Positions 1-11,900 of a stretch of DNA of 59,844 nt are shown here, piece by piece. Positions within the stretch are counted from its first letter, which is position 1. Each line of letters begins with the position of its first letter. The position numbers and the translations under genes were made by a program. The stretch comes from Halocafeteria seosinensis (Eukaryota). The DNA is taken from assembly GCA_001687465.1 (NCBI GenBank), contig LVLI01000324.1, forward strand, positions 1 to 59,844, given 5' to 3'. The notes below the pieces were generated by a model that did no database searches, was not told the origin of the DNA, and worked only from the letters and a program-made list of their open reading frames with translations.

Positions 1-66
1 ATCCAAGTATTTATTACAGCGATTGGTTTTGTCTATTGGCGATGAAGGATGCATGTGAGCCCAGCC

Positions 67-1584
67 CTAACTTTCATGTGAGTCCTGCTGTTCATCCACT
101 GAATTCCCGTCTGGATCTGCAGTAGTTGGGACTTCAGTGTTATCTTTTTCAGATTTAGCTTGATTGTCAGCACCGAAAACGTCCTGAGCTTCGGTATCAG
201 TGTTCAGGGATGCTAGTTTTTCTTTGAGCCGGCTAATCTGAGCGCGGTTCGATTTTACCTCCTCTTGTAAATTTCGGCTCAGCTTGGAAAGACGTTCCTT
301 CTGCGTCGTGGCCGTGGATAGTTGCTGTTTCATAGTAGTTCGCTCCTCGTAATACTGAAGAAGCGTCAAGTCAGTTTCTTGTGTCTTTTTCTGTAATTCT
401 TTCTCTTTCTTCTCACTTGCAGTCAGACGCTCTTGGAGTTTCTTAACCATGTCCCGATATGAGCCCAGCTGTTCATTCGATTGCTGTACTAAATCTTGCA
501 TTTCACCCATTTTCTTTTCTCGTGCTTGTTTCTCCTCTTCGTATTGCTTCTCTCGTTCTTCTACTTGTTTGAAAAAACTATTATACTTCTCCATCTGATA
601 CATAGAGGACAAAAAGCATATCCCCCCGGCTTGGGATCACATCTACACGAGGAGACACATACCATCTCCTTCAGTGAGTCTATATTCTTTTGGTAATCTT
701 CTAGTTGTGAGTCCTTTTGCTGTAGTTCCAGTGAATGCAAATTTTTCAATTTTTCGCAGTAGTCATTCATAGTCTTCAGTTGCTCGCGAAGTCTGAACAG
801 AAAAATCAAGATCAATAATAACAATTCAAACAACACGAGCGTATAGACACAGAACGCACTTTTCATTTTCCTCTTCTAGCTTTTTATTCTGCTCTGAAGT
901 AGAATTAATTTGCTCCTGGATTTCCTCGATTGAGTTTCCGAACTTCTCAGTCATTTCTTTATGTTGCTCCAGGTTTTTCTTCTGCTCTTCGGAGTGCTTT
1001 TCCTGCAGGTCAGTTCAGCCAGCGCCACCAAAGTTAATGAGTACGGCGACAGTCGAATAATGAAATAGCATCCATGCGCACCATAATCTCTTTTCTGTCC
1101 TCCTGTAAACGCTTGCAGAGTGCTTCCAATTTGGACTTCATCTCCTTCGTGTTGTTGAGTTCCGACCGTACTGTGTTTGAAATCATACATACTTACGTCA
1201 GGTGGTTGTAGACATCTGCCCATGCCAAGAAGGAACCTTACGATCGTCATTTTCCTTGGTCAGTGCGTTGTTTTTCCTCTGTAGCACTGCTTTCTCATGC
1301 TCACTCTTATGATGCTTCTTCGTCTGCGGTAAACGCATACATTAAGTCGTTAAGGCAACATCCACTCCCGGTATCTCGTTGTTTTGTACCTCTTCTGAGC
1401 ATTTTTCTTTCCATTGATCGACTTGCTGCTGCAATTTCGTCATTTTGTCAGTCTTGCCCTTCTTCTGACCTCCTCCACCGCCGCTTCCACTGGTTGTATT
1501 GGAAGCAGGAGTTTGCTCCTTGTTGGCTGATCCAGTTTCAGCCTCCGAGGAGGAGGTAGGAGTCGTGTTAGTTGTCTCTTCCAT
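67..1584 (-). CDS. Taxilin-family coiled-coil protein (multi-exon)
   Basis: ATG at 1584 (MEETTNTT...). An internal exon near 1090-1165 reads KEMKSKLEALCKRLQE (taxilin KSKLESLCRELQ); last exon has KERLSKLSRNLQEE (taxilin RLEKLCRALQ). Internal splice sites not fully resolved. Confidence 0.75.
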
Positions 1585-1836
1585 GGTTGTGCCTACGACA
1601 AGAAAAACTACAGTAACAATACAATACAAGCGGTCAAACCATTCACAATTTATTTCACATAAAGAAGAGGCTTTAAAACGGGAGCTTGACTCTATTGGGA
1701 CGTGGGTTTGAATTTCACAGACTGGAGAATCCGGGCCACCGTGGGACGAACCAAGAATTACAGAGTCGAAACGACAGAGAAGGTTTTATTGTTTTGATAA
1801 AAAAAGAGAAAGAGCCCATGCAAAGTAATGAACTAT

Positions 1837-4518
1837 CTAAAAACCATCGCACCAGGACATGTCACGCTCAGCCAGGAATTCGTCATCATCTTCTCCACTG
1901 TCTTCATCATCAAACTCTTCAAAATGTTGCACATCGTCCTCGCTCTCCAGTTCTGGTACCCACGGAGCAGGAAGTTCTTTCGACATCAACTTTCGCCAGT
2001 TGAGAGTCGAGAACCATGGATGCTCCGCAATCTCACGGGGGCCCTTTCTTCGGCATCCAAGTCGATTCACAACATCGCTCTGTAGTAACTGAGACACTAG
2101 GTCCTTTGCTTGTTCGTCGGTCACTTCGTCTGGCCAGTCATAGCGACCCTTCAAAATGGCTCTGTAAATGGCCATTTGGTCACCATCTTCATCTGCAAAT
2201 GGACTCTCACCCGCTAGCATCTCAAATATAAGAATACCTAAAGCCCACCAATCAACCGCTAAACGATAACCATTGCCTAGAACCATTTCAGGCGCAAAAT
2301 AATCAGGCGTCCCACACAGTGTGTACGTTCTGTCCGGTACATGCTTCGCAAATCCGAAGTCGACGATGCGAATGTACCCTTTCGTATCCAGTAAGAGGTT
2401 TTCCGGTTTCAAATCACGATACACAATGCACTTTTCATGCAGGTGAGCAATTCCCGCAAAAACACAGCCACTATAAAACTTCGTGCTTTCGGAATCCAGG
2501 AGACCCACAGTGTCAAGATAGTTGAACAATTCCCCGCCCTGAACAAGTTCCAGGAGCATGTACAGACGTTTGTCGTCCATATAAGTATTGTATAAATGCA
2601 GGAGGAACGGATGCCTTATAGCGGCCATAACAGCCTTCTCATACACAACATTCCGCTGCTGCTTCAGCTTCATGACCTTTGCTTTCCGTAACACCTTCAA
2701 GGCATATAGTGCGCCTGACTTGGTATGCCTAACCATGTACACCCGTCCAAAGGTGCCGATACCAAGTATGTGCAACTTCTCAAGGTCATTGAAGTCAATG
2801 TCAGGACGTTCCACTTCACCAACCTGCAGCAAATAGTCTAGTTCACCTGATCTCACTTCATCCTCTCCTTGATACACATCACCGCTGTCTCTTCTATGTA
2901 TCGAGCTAGTCCTGGTCCGCGTACGCTGACTACGGGGAGTGCTGCTTTCTTGAGCTGTGCTCGGACGACTGTGTAAACCTGCTGATTCTAGAATAGCGGG
3001 GGGAAGTCTCAACAAATAAGAGGAGGGGCTGCCTACAATTTTGTCGAACATTGCACGACTCAATGTTAAGCAGGTAACTGTGTCACTAGACCCAACTATG
3101 GTAGTCTCTCGGGCATCGTCAGACAGAAGTTGCCTCTCTCCAAAGTAGTCCCCCGACTCCAGGGTCGATTGAACCTCGTTGTCTTGTACGACATCAGCCT
3201 TTCCTTCGCGAATAATCATAAAACTATTTAGGGTCGTCATGTTTTCTTCAGATGCGCTTGGTTTCTCATCTTTAATTGCCAGTTTGTCGCCCTTGTGGAA
3301 ACTCTTTGTTTCCAGCTCCGAAGCCAGGTCTGCAGTCTCCCGGTTAGTCAGCGCCCTGAAAACAGGCACACTTCGAAGCACATTCATTGCCATATTATGG
3401 TCTAGAACATCAGACAAAGATCCTAAGAGTTGCTTAACGGCATTACGGCTAAGTTCGAAACACGTTGTGTCCGTTTCAGCAATAACATTAGCTGCTCGCG
3501 CTTCATGCAATACTAAAGCGCGTTCGCCTACACAGGCTCCGGGGCCAAGCACTACATCCGAGGTCCTTGCACCAGAACCTATATCTGTACATCTAACAGA
3601 CCCGTCTCTGATGAAAAGCATAAAATCTCCAGGATCACCTTTCCGAATGATCGTTTCGCCCGCCTGGTAGAAACGTTCCTTTGCAGCCATGGCAACTTTC
3701 GAGATCTGGGATATCGTCAAATCCTGTAACAATGGGCTTTGCTGCAGTGCCTTCTTGATCTCTGCCAAATTTCGGTCTGCAGCAGAGGCAACAACCCGAC
3801 GAAATATACCCCTATTTAAATGCCATACTGAAGCCTTGTCTCGATTGGTTTTGTCCCCTTTGTCACACACAATTGTTCTGTATACCATGATATCTTGCAT
3901 GAGTGCAAGTTCTCCGTAGCAGTCACCTCGTTTCAGTGTGCGCAAGGAGCCTTTCTCCTCGGAGCTATCTTCCTCCTGTTCTTCAATTTCGTCTTCGACG
4001 AACACTGCATCTTCCACTTCGGCATCTTCATTTCCATTGCCGTTGCCACTTCCACCCGTCCCTTCCCCTTCACTACTTCTTTTGTATCGACGTTCTATTT
4101 CAACTTTTGAGCCTAGTAAGCTGAACTCACCGGATTCAATCACATAAAAAGTATCACCTACTTGGTGGGCCCTCACTAGGGTGTCTCCCGGTTCATATTG
4201 TTCATTCCACATGGCATCCACAACTCCTTCCAGCTCAGAGTGCGTCAAAGAACAGAAGAAAAAATGGTCAGAGAGCGTCTTCAATAGCAGTTCTCGTGCC
4301 GCTGCTGACTTGGGAATGCTTCGTACGCCACCAGGAGAGACAACATCGATTGAAGATCCGTATATAACATTCTCAACATGAGCCTTCTTCCGTCTGCTGG
4401 CGGCGGAATCCGTGGTGCTGGGCGTCGCCTCACCAGCTGGTCTTCGAACTTGTTGCTGGTATACTTGGTCTTTAGCATTCCCTCCTTCTCGCCCTTTGCT
4501 GCTCCGTACAGCAGACAT
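1837..4518 (-). CDS. Cyclic-nucleotide-regulated AGC kinase, PKG-like: 3 CNB domains + kinase, intronless, 893 aa
   Basis: Three CNB phosphate-binding cassettes (YGELAL, VGERAL, FGERQL). Kinase motifs GIGTFG, ALK, YRDLKPEN, DFGFAK, TYTLCGTPDYFAPE, plus AGC C-tail. Confidence 0.92.
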   Translation of the reverse strand: MSAVRSSKGREGGNAKDQVYQQQVRRPAGEATPSTTDSAASRRKKAHVENVIYGSSIDVVSPGGVRSIPKSAAARELLLKTLSDHFFFCSLTHSELEGVVDAMWNEQYEPGDTLVRAHQVGDTFYVIESGEFSLLGSKVEIERRYKRSSEGEGTGGSGNGNGNEDAEVEDAVFVEDEIEEQEEDSSEEKGSLRTLKRGDCYGELALMQDIMVYRTIVCDKGDKTNRDKASVWHLNRGIFRRVVASAADRNLAEIKKALQQSPLLQDLTISQISKVAMAAKERFYQAGETIIRKGDPGDFMLFIRDGSVRCTDIGSGARTSDVVLGPGACVGERALVLHEARAANVIAETDTTCFELSRNAVKQLLGSLSDVLDHNMAMNVLRSVPVFRALTNRETADLASELETKSFHKGDKLAIKDEKPSASEENMTTLNSFMIIREGKADVVQDNEVQSTLESGDYFGERQLLSDDARETTIVGSSDTVTCLTLSRAMFDKIVGSPSSYLLRLPPAILESAGLHSRPSTAQESSTPRSQRTRTRTSSIHRRDSGDVYQGEDEVRSGELDYLLQVGEVERPDIDFNDLEKLHILGIGTFGRVYMVRHTKSGALYALKVLRKAKVMKLKQQRNVVYEKAVMAAIRHPFLLHLYNTYMDDKRLYMLLELVQGGELFNYLDTVGLLDSESTKFYSGCVFAGIAHLHEKCIVYRDLKPENLLLDTKGYIRIVDFGFAKHVPDRTYTLCGTPDYFAPEMVLGNGYRLAVDWWALGILIFEMLAGESPFADEDGDQMAIYRAILKGRYDWPDEVTDEQAKDLVSQLLQSDVVNRLGCRRKGPREIAEHPWFSTLNWRKLMSKELPAPWVPELESEDDVQHFEEFDDEDSGEDDDEFLAERDMSWCDGF

Positions 4519-5908
4519 TATTTACACGGCGCTTGTTGAATGCGCGGAGCCTTTACTTGTCCTTTATTGTCCTTTGTCGTCGTCGTTGCTTTGCCGCCCT
4601 CCTTTTGCGACAGACTCAGATATTATTTACTCTTTATATACGCGTTCGTCGACCCCATGAATGGCATGTTATCAACACCATACATCAACACTCTCCCCGG
4701 GCAGCGACAGGGCGTCACGCTAAAGCGACCTTTCCGTAAAGTGAACAAAAAGAGCCAGTGGTCGAGGACGAGGACTAACTTCAAGGATACCGAGGAATTA
4801 GAAATTTGAAGGGATACGTTGGCTGAGGGAACGAAAACAAACAGTTTATCTGAGTGAACGCACGCACCGTTGAACGACTCTTCGTAAAGCTACGGTGATA
4901 GATGTGAGGCGTGAGAGAACCAATTATGTGGAAGTACACTGTAATGTGATTCGCCTGAGGATGTACAAGTACACACATAAAGAGTACCACCTGAGGAACT
5001 GAAGATGGAAGAATTTGAGAAATTTGGTAACCAGAGATTCTACGAGCTGTGGACCTTGCTCATTCCAGATCAAAGTAACTTGTCCATTACCCAAGAACCA
5101 TAGATTTCCGCTCACTTGTCGCCAATATGGAACGGTTTGTGCTATTGCCGGTAGGTAGCACCTGAAAAACACACTGTGCATACACGACGGTGAGAACCAT
5201 GTATACCAAGAGCACGCTAATTTTCAATTACAACTTGTAATACTGAAATCGTAAAGCGAACTCAGACAGGAACTCCTGTACAAGTACCAAGTGGTTGTAA
5301 CTTTTCCGCATCGTATAAGATCAGGCGAATCGCGTTTGAGGGTCCAACAAACACCAAAGCGAAATAACCTTAAAGATTCAGGACACATAAGGAGCATTTC
5401 AGGGAAGTACGTACCTCGTGCATACTGATCCAGGAATCAATGAGGACAGGAGGAGGAATCATGAGGACAGCAATCCTGAGGATCGCTCTCACCGACAGTA
5501 CACGGCAGGCGCACAGCACCTCTGATTTTCAGCTCTGCGATTTCAAAAGCGTCGAACAGCAATAAAGTAGGTTCGCACAGTGAATCACATTGTCGTTTCC
5601 GAACGATACACCTAGGAATTCCAAACCGGAAAACGCGCACTCGCCGAAAAGATTGTCGCTCCAGCAGATACTTGACGAGGTGCATGTCAAAGTTCTCCCA
5701 CTGCACATCAACTGCGGGCCATTTTTCCAATGTGTTGATGCAGATGTACCGTTAATCTGATTCTCCTTTGAATGGGTACTTTCTGTTTGACACTCTCGTT
5801 GAATTGACAGCACGGGAGTCCTCGGAGAAATTCCAAGTTGATAACGTTAGATTCCAGTGCGACGCCATACGACTGCTTACAGACGCGCACGCTTGAAGAA
5901 AAGGCACG

Positions 5909-8900
5909 ATGTCAACTTCGGGGGATGCACAGTCTCGTGTGCGTCGCGTGAGGAGAGGCTCCCTAAGCATTCAGAAAGCTCCACCGGACATTGCCTATGC
6001 TCGACATACATCGAGCAACTCGGGGATTCCAGCGCTGGACTCTGCGACAGCAGATGAAACTGAACACAATGCAACCACTGATACTACGAGCATCTCTCGA
6101 CCCTCTGAAACATACATGATTACTGGATCGGAATACCACATGCTTTCTCGCAGATACCCGAAAGCAGAATGGTCGTGGATCCGAGATTCGGAGCATGGCT
6201 ACGTCCTGGCACGGAAAGACAAAAATTCAACTAAAGTATCAGAGGGGAAATACTGCTTCATAGTTCAGAGCTCCGAAGAAAGGAAAACACTGACAGAATC
6301 AGAGGTGAACACAATGATCTACCGCATCACTGACGTCAAAGAACTAGATAAAAATTTTGTCGACATGGTGCAAATGGTGGAAGTGAACCCACCCATGATT
6401 CTTCACAATGTGGAGAAGCGTTTCCAAGAGGACATGATTTACACAAACATAGGTATGTTATCATTTTGGAATATCATCTGCTTGAATTAGCGAGTTTTCA
6501 CGTTTGGATTGTATTTTCTTTTGCTAAGCTCAGGCACAATTCTCGTATCAGTCAACCCGTACAAGGTAAGCTAGACCCAGAGCAAACCCCTCTTACTTCT
6601 TATCTTGACACTCCGTTGCTGTATGTTGGCAGTTTGTGGATGGACTGTATAGCATGGCCGTTATTACAGAGTACAACAAGATCCGACTGGGGGAGCCATG
6701 TGATCCTCATATCTTTGCCATTGCCAATAATGCGTACAAGGGTATCCTTGAGGACGCTCTGAGCCAAAGTCTCATTATCTCGGGGGAATCCGGGTCTGGC
6801 AAAACTGAAGCCACAAAAAAGAGTCTTCAGTACTTTGCCGCAGTGGCGGGGNCAAATGCTACAGAAATTGATCAAAGATTGCTTGCAGCCAATCCTGTCT
6901 TAGAGGCTTTCGGTAACGCGAAAACTGTGCGGAACAACAACAGCAGTCGTTTCGGAAAATGGATGGAAATTTTATTTGAAAGAAGTGGGACCATTTATGG
7001 GTGCCGCATTGTAAATTACCTGTTGGAGAAAAGCCGGGTTGTCCTTCCCGCTGTCGACGAGAGAAGCTATCACATATTCTACCATCTCTGCGCCGGCGCA
7101 GCCTCCTCCGAAAAGGCAGCGTTGCGACTTGGGCAGAGTAGTGATTATCGTTATTTGACAGCAAGTGGCTGTCTTACAATTCCCGCCGAGAGCGACGTGG
7201 ACAACTATTCAGACGTGCGCTCCGCGATGTTAGAAATCGGAATGAGCGATGAAGAGTCGTGGAAGTTGTTTGAAGTTGTTGCGGGAATTCTACACCTGGG
7301 AAATATCGACTTTGAAAGCGCAAGTCATGAATCTGGGTCTGAGGGAAGCAAAATAGCCCGGAATAGCTCCTCGCTAAGTGCCGCCGAAAATGCCAGTATG
7401 CTGATTGGAACGGATGTAAATCAGCTCGAAAACGATTTAACTTCGAAGGTGTTGACTGTCAGAGGCGACTCCACTCGTACACCTCATGGGCCGGAAAAGT
7501 CCAGCGCCAGTGTTGACGCCTTATCGAAGGCTTTATATGGCCGTCTGTTCGACTGGCTTGTCAATCGAGTCAATCAGAGTCTTCAAGGAGATCAGAAAAA
7601 TTCTAAGGAGATTTTCTGCATCGGTGTTTTGGACATCTTTGGTTTTGAAATTTTTGATGACAATAGTTTTGAGCAACTTTGTATTAACTACTGCAATGAA
7701 AAGCTTCAGCAGCATTTCAACGAGCATGTATTTAAGGCAGAGAAGCGATGCTATGAGGCAGAAGGCATTGACTATAGCGATGTGGAATTTGGTGATAACA
7801 ACGATGTTCTCGATTTGATTGAATCTCGCCAGCAGGGTCTATTACCGATGCTGGATGACGAAGTAAAGTTTCCCAGGGGAAGTGACGAGGATTATCTCAC
7901 CCGAATCACTAAAACTCATGGGAACAACCACCCTCGCTTTGTTCCTCTCGTGGCTGGAACAACGAACACGAAAACTGTCGAAACGCAAATTGATGAATCT
8001 GCTGGTAAGGCTGGCGTTAACTCCTTCGCAATCCGTCATTATGCTGGTGCCGTTGTTTATAATGTGAACAACTGGATGGAGAAAAACAAAGATGAATTAC
8101 TCTCTAATTTAAAGCACTTGATGAAGTCCAGTAATAAATCCTTTATTAGCGAAGAACTATTTGGGGATAGTTTCACTGAAGACCTGAGAAAACCAGCTCC
8201 CGCAAGCTCAGGAAAGAATAAAGTTCAGACTCAGTCTTCCCAGTTTCGTTCCCAGTTACAAGCTCTCATGGAGTCACTGAGGACCAAGACTCCGCACTAC
8301 GTTAGATGCATTAAACCAAATGGAACTAAACAACCGAATGTGTGGGATGGCGCTCTATGTTTGCAGCAACTCACCTACAGTGGTGTTTTCGAGGCTGTTC
8401 GCATACGCCAACAAGGGTTTCCTTTCCGCTTTAAATACCATATGTTCTACAGAAGGTATCATATGGTAGTCCCTATCCAGGATGAGGAATTACGTTTCTT
8501 GGAGGAAAACGATCCTAGTCGCGTTCAAAGGACCAACGAAGGCACTCTGAAACTTGTGCCTAACGTGAGACCGCACCATTCTTCGTTTTACAGAGAGATG
8601 TCGGAGATATTGGTAAAGCGATTATGTGAACACATGTCAAAACTGAATGAAGAACACTATCGATTTGGACAAACTATGGTCCTGTACAAAGCAGAGATGC
8701 ACCGGGAGCTGCAACAACGCATGCACATTCAGACTGATCATAAGTTGGACATAGTTCAGCGGTTTATGAAGACTTGCTCCTCAAGGATATATTTCCGGCA
8801 TTTGCTGGAGGCCCGGGAACAGCTGAAATCAGCAATAGCAGAACGGGAATTGGATTCGCTTAAAGGGGCTATTCAGTTTTGGCATCAAAAGGAGCGAATT

Positions 8901-11900
8901 TGCAAGAGAGAGCTCATCAAAATCAAGGAATATTATGATGCTAATGAGTTATGCGAACGACTACAGGAGGAGCACGACACTATCCAAATGTGTATTGATC
9001 TTGATGAAGCAGATCCCCTGAGTGATAGTGCTGCGGAAGGGTATGAGAATGCTCTGGAGAAGGCTGATCGCCTGGGTCTGAGCAAACAACCTGAAGTTAG
9101 GAAAATAAAGCGCAAACGAGACTGTAGAATCAAGCGCGATGCTGCTAAGGCAGACCTCTTGAAAGGGACAAAATCGTATGATCGGCAACTCATCGAGGGT
9201 GCTATTTCAGCGGTGACAGAGATTTCTGATGTATTTCCCGCTGTATTCGATAACAAGGAGGTGGATGATGCGAACAACGCTTTAGAGCAGATATCTCATG
9301 AAGAACACCATCTACAAGCGCTCAAGTCCGCCTTAACTAGTGGCCAGCCAACGTCATCAGAACTCAGTGATTTGTTGGATAAACATGCCTTCCAGATTTG
9401 TACGGATGCTTCAGAGCGCGAGATTTACCAACGTACATCGAAACTGAAACAACACGCCAAGGAAAACAGGTTAGAAACTTTGCCTGGGAGTCCAACGGAT
9501 ACCAATAGCAATAAGGTTGCCGCACGTTACCTGCTGAGTTGGACTGATGCTGCTTCCAATCTAGAATACAAGGCCGAAAGCATAGCTTCGACAAACATCC
9601 GGTACGATCACATTGAGCGACCGCTCAAGGAGCTCGGGTTGGACGAACACAGAAGCGATCCTGACAATTTAACATTGATTACTCCCGAAGGCAAAGCCAT
9701 GGTCAGGCTTGCGTATATTGTATACGCAATAAGAAAACAGTTGATAGAGCCACATCCAAGGTCTGGCACGATGTGGAAAGAGATCACGCGTAACTTCCAG
9801 CAGTTTATGGAATATGAGACGCTGCCCACGGCGTTGGTGCGGGAATGTTATGCCATTTTCAGGGTTTTGCTCGGACTGGGATGGGTATGCGCCTGTCGTT
9901 ATTTCCTCTGCGAGAGTGCAGCAACTGGTCCCCCGGGAGAAACAGATCTTGCTACTCTTGATACCGATACCCCTCAACAGCTTCAAAACATCGGAAAAGA
10001 ACTCCCAGTATTGCCGTTACCGGCATCAGCTTCCAAGTCGGTTCTTGTTCAGTCCCATGAGCTGAAGATGGCAGCGGATGCTAATAAAATTTTTCAGGAG
10101 AGTGAAGAAATGCAACGAGTATACGAGACAGTTGTTCTTATTTATAGCGTCAGAAGCGCATTGGGTAACAACGATCCTGTCTCTTTGAGAGACACCTTAA
10201 ATAACGTAGATACTGATGAGGAACTGTGTGGGTTTGCTGCTCCGGAAGTTTCCTACTGTTTTTCTGAGCTGGAACTACTGGAACTGAAAAAAGAGCTATT
10301 GGAAATCCTAAAAGAGGAAAGGGTGCAGGGCGATGTTGGCGCATTGGCTGTAGGAAGCGTAGACATACATAGGCTAGACTCAGCGATTGAGCGAGCCAGT
10401 TTGGTGGTTCAGAACCGGGAAATCCACGAGCTTGTAAGCATTGCAGTCAATCTCGTGCGCCCTTTACGACAAGCAGTAAGAGCGCAAGATTGGTCCGAAA
10501 TATGCTCCGTCGTTAACGACTACTTATCGGGGGGACAGGATGGAAGTAGTTCGAGAGCGACTGATGTGAATTCAAATCCGTCAACGGCGCTCAATCTGAT
10601 TCCAACTATTGTCCAGAAGGAGATTGGTCTCTGTGTGAGGCACGCGCATTATCGGCTAGTAACATCATTTCTTAAAGACAGCATGTCGTCAGGTGGGATT
10701 CGAGGTAAAATTGGAGACATGGACTTGTCAGAAACTAGAACCGAGCAACTCGAGAGGGCGATAGCGCGTTGTGTACAACTCGGTATGCATAAGGATAAAG
10801 CTAGAAGTTTGTACGAATCTGCATGCCATCTACTCAAAGTTAGAGAACTTGTTCTTCAGTCTCGTGTACAGGAAGCTGCTCAGGAGTCTGCCAAAGCGGT
10901 AGAAGTAAAGTGGGAGCACATTCGAGATGGTCAAGTGCAAGAGGACGCTGCTGTTACTGCCTGGCACTTGGAGGAGCCGGTATATCCACCGGCTGGGTTG
11001 GAGATGGCACATGTGTGCGCTGAAAGCGGCTATCAAGACTCTTTGGAGAACCTGAAAAAAGTTATCCTCTCAGGACGTTTGCAAGGCTCTGTGGACTCTC
11101 CTGATGTAGACTCAGTAGATACGTTTCCATTGCGACAATGTATTGAAGAGCAAGAAGACCTTATGCATCATGTCATATCGGAGGGCACAGAAGCAATGCA
11201 ATTAGTTTATACAGCTAAGGTTATTTTGAAAATCCGAGAAGCATTCCAGAATGACAGTGTTGATGATTTGTACGATGTGTTCCTTGAACTGGAGATCGAC
11301 CCTTTGGAAATTCCTGACTCGAAGAAATGCCAGCAGAATGTGCACCTTCTAGGAAGCGGGGAGATTTCTGACGCGTTGCAACGGCTGCAACATCACATCG
11401 TTGTGTCGACCATGGAGAAGCAGATGCGCAGAAGTGTGTACGGCAGCATAGAAAGTATTCAAGTTGATAAACGTTCTGTGGAAGCGCTGGAGGAAGCGTT
11501 AGAGAAGGTGGATCGGATTGGCAGTTGCTCATCGTATGCACTCGCTCTCGTTCACATGGGAAGATCCTTGCTGAATTTGAGAAGAGCTGTCTTGAATAAA
11601 GAATGGTCAAAATTACCGTCTTGTCTTGAACAGTGCACGCAGCATTACCGCGGGGCTGAGGCAGTGATTGCTTCAGGAGGACACTCGGAATACGAAAGTG
11701 TTTCGGGCAATGTATCCGATGGAGAGAAGGAACGACTGCTAAGAAGGTATCCAAAGGCTTCTGCTGCGATCCGGAGGTCAATAGCGTCTTTAGTTGGCGA
11801 AGAAGTGCAACTCGTCCAGACGTTTCAGAGCATTAACAGTTTTATTGAACAATGCACATGTGCGTTACAGACTGGAAGTGTTGCGGGCCGCCCTGGTAAT

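Noticed and set aside
6852..6852. N bases at 6852 and 21818 giving X residues
   Set aside because: Single ambiguous calls; frames stay open, so not recoding or pseudogene lesions.
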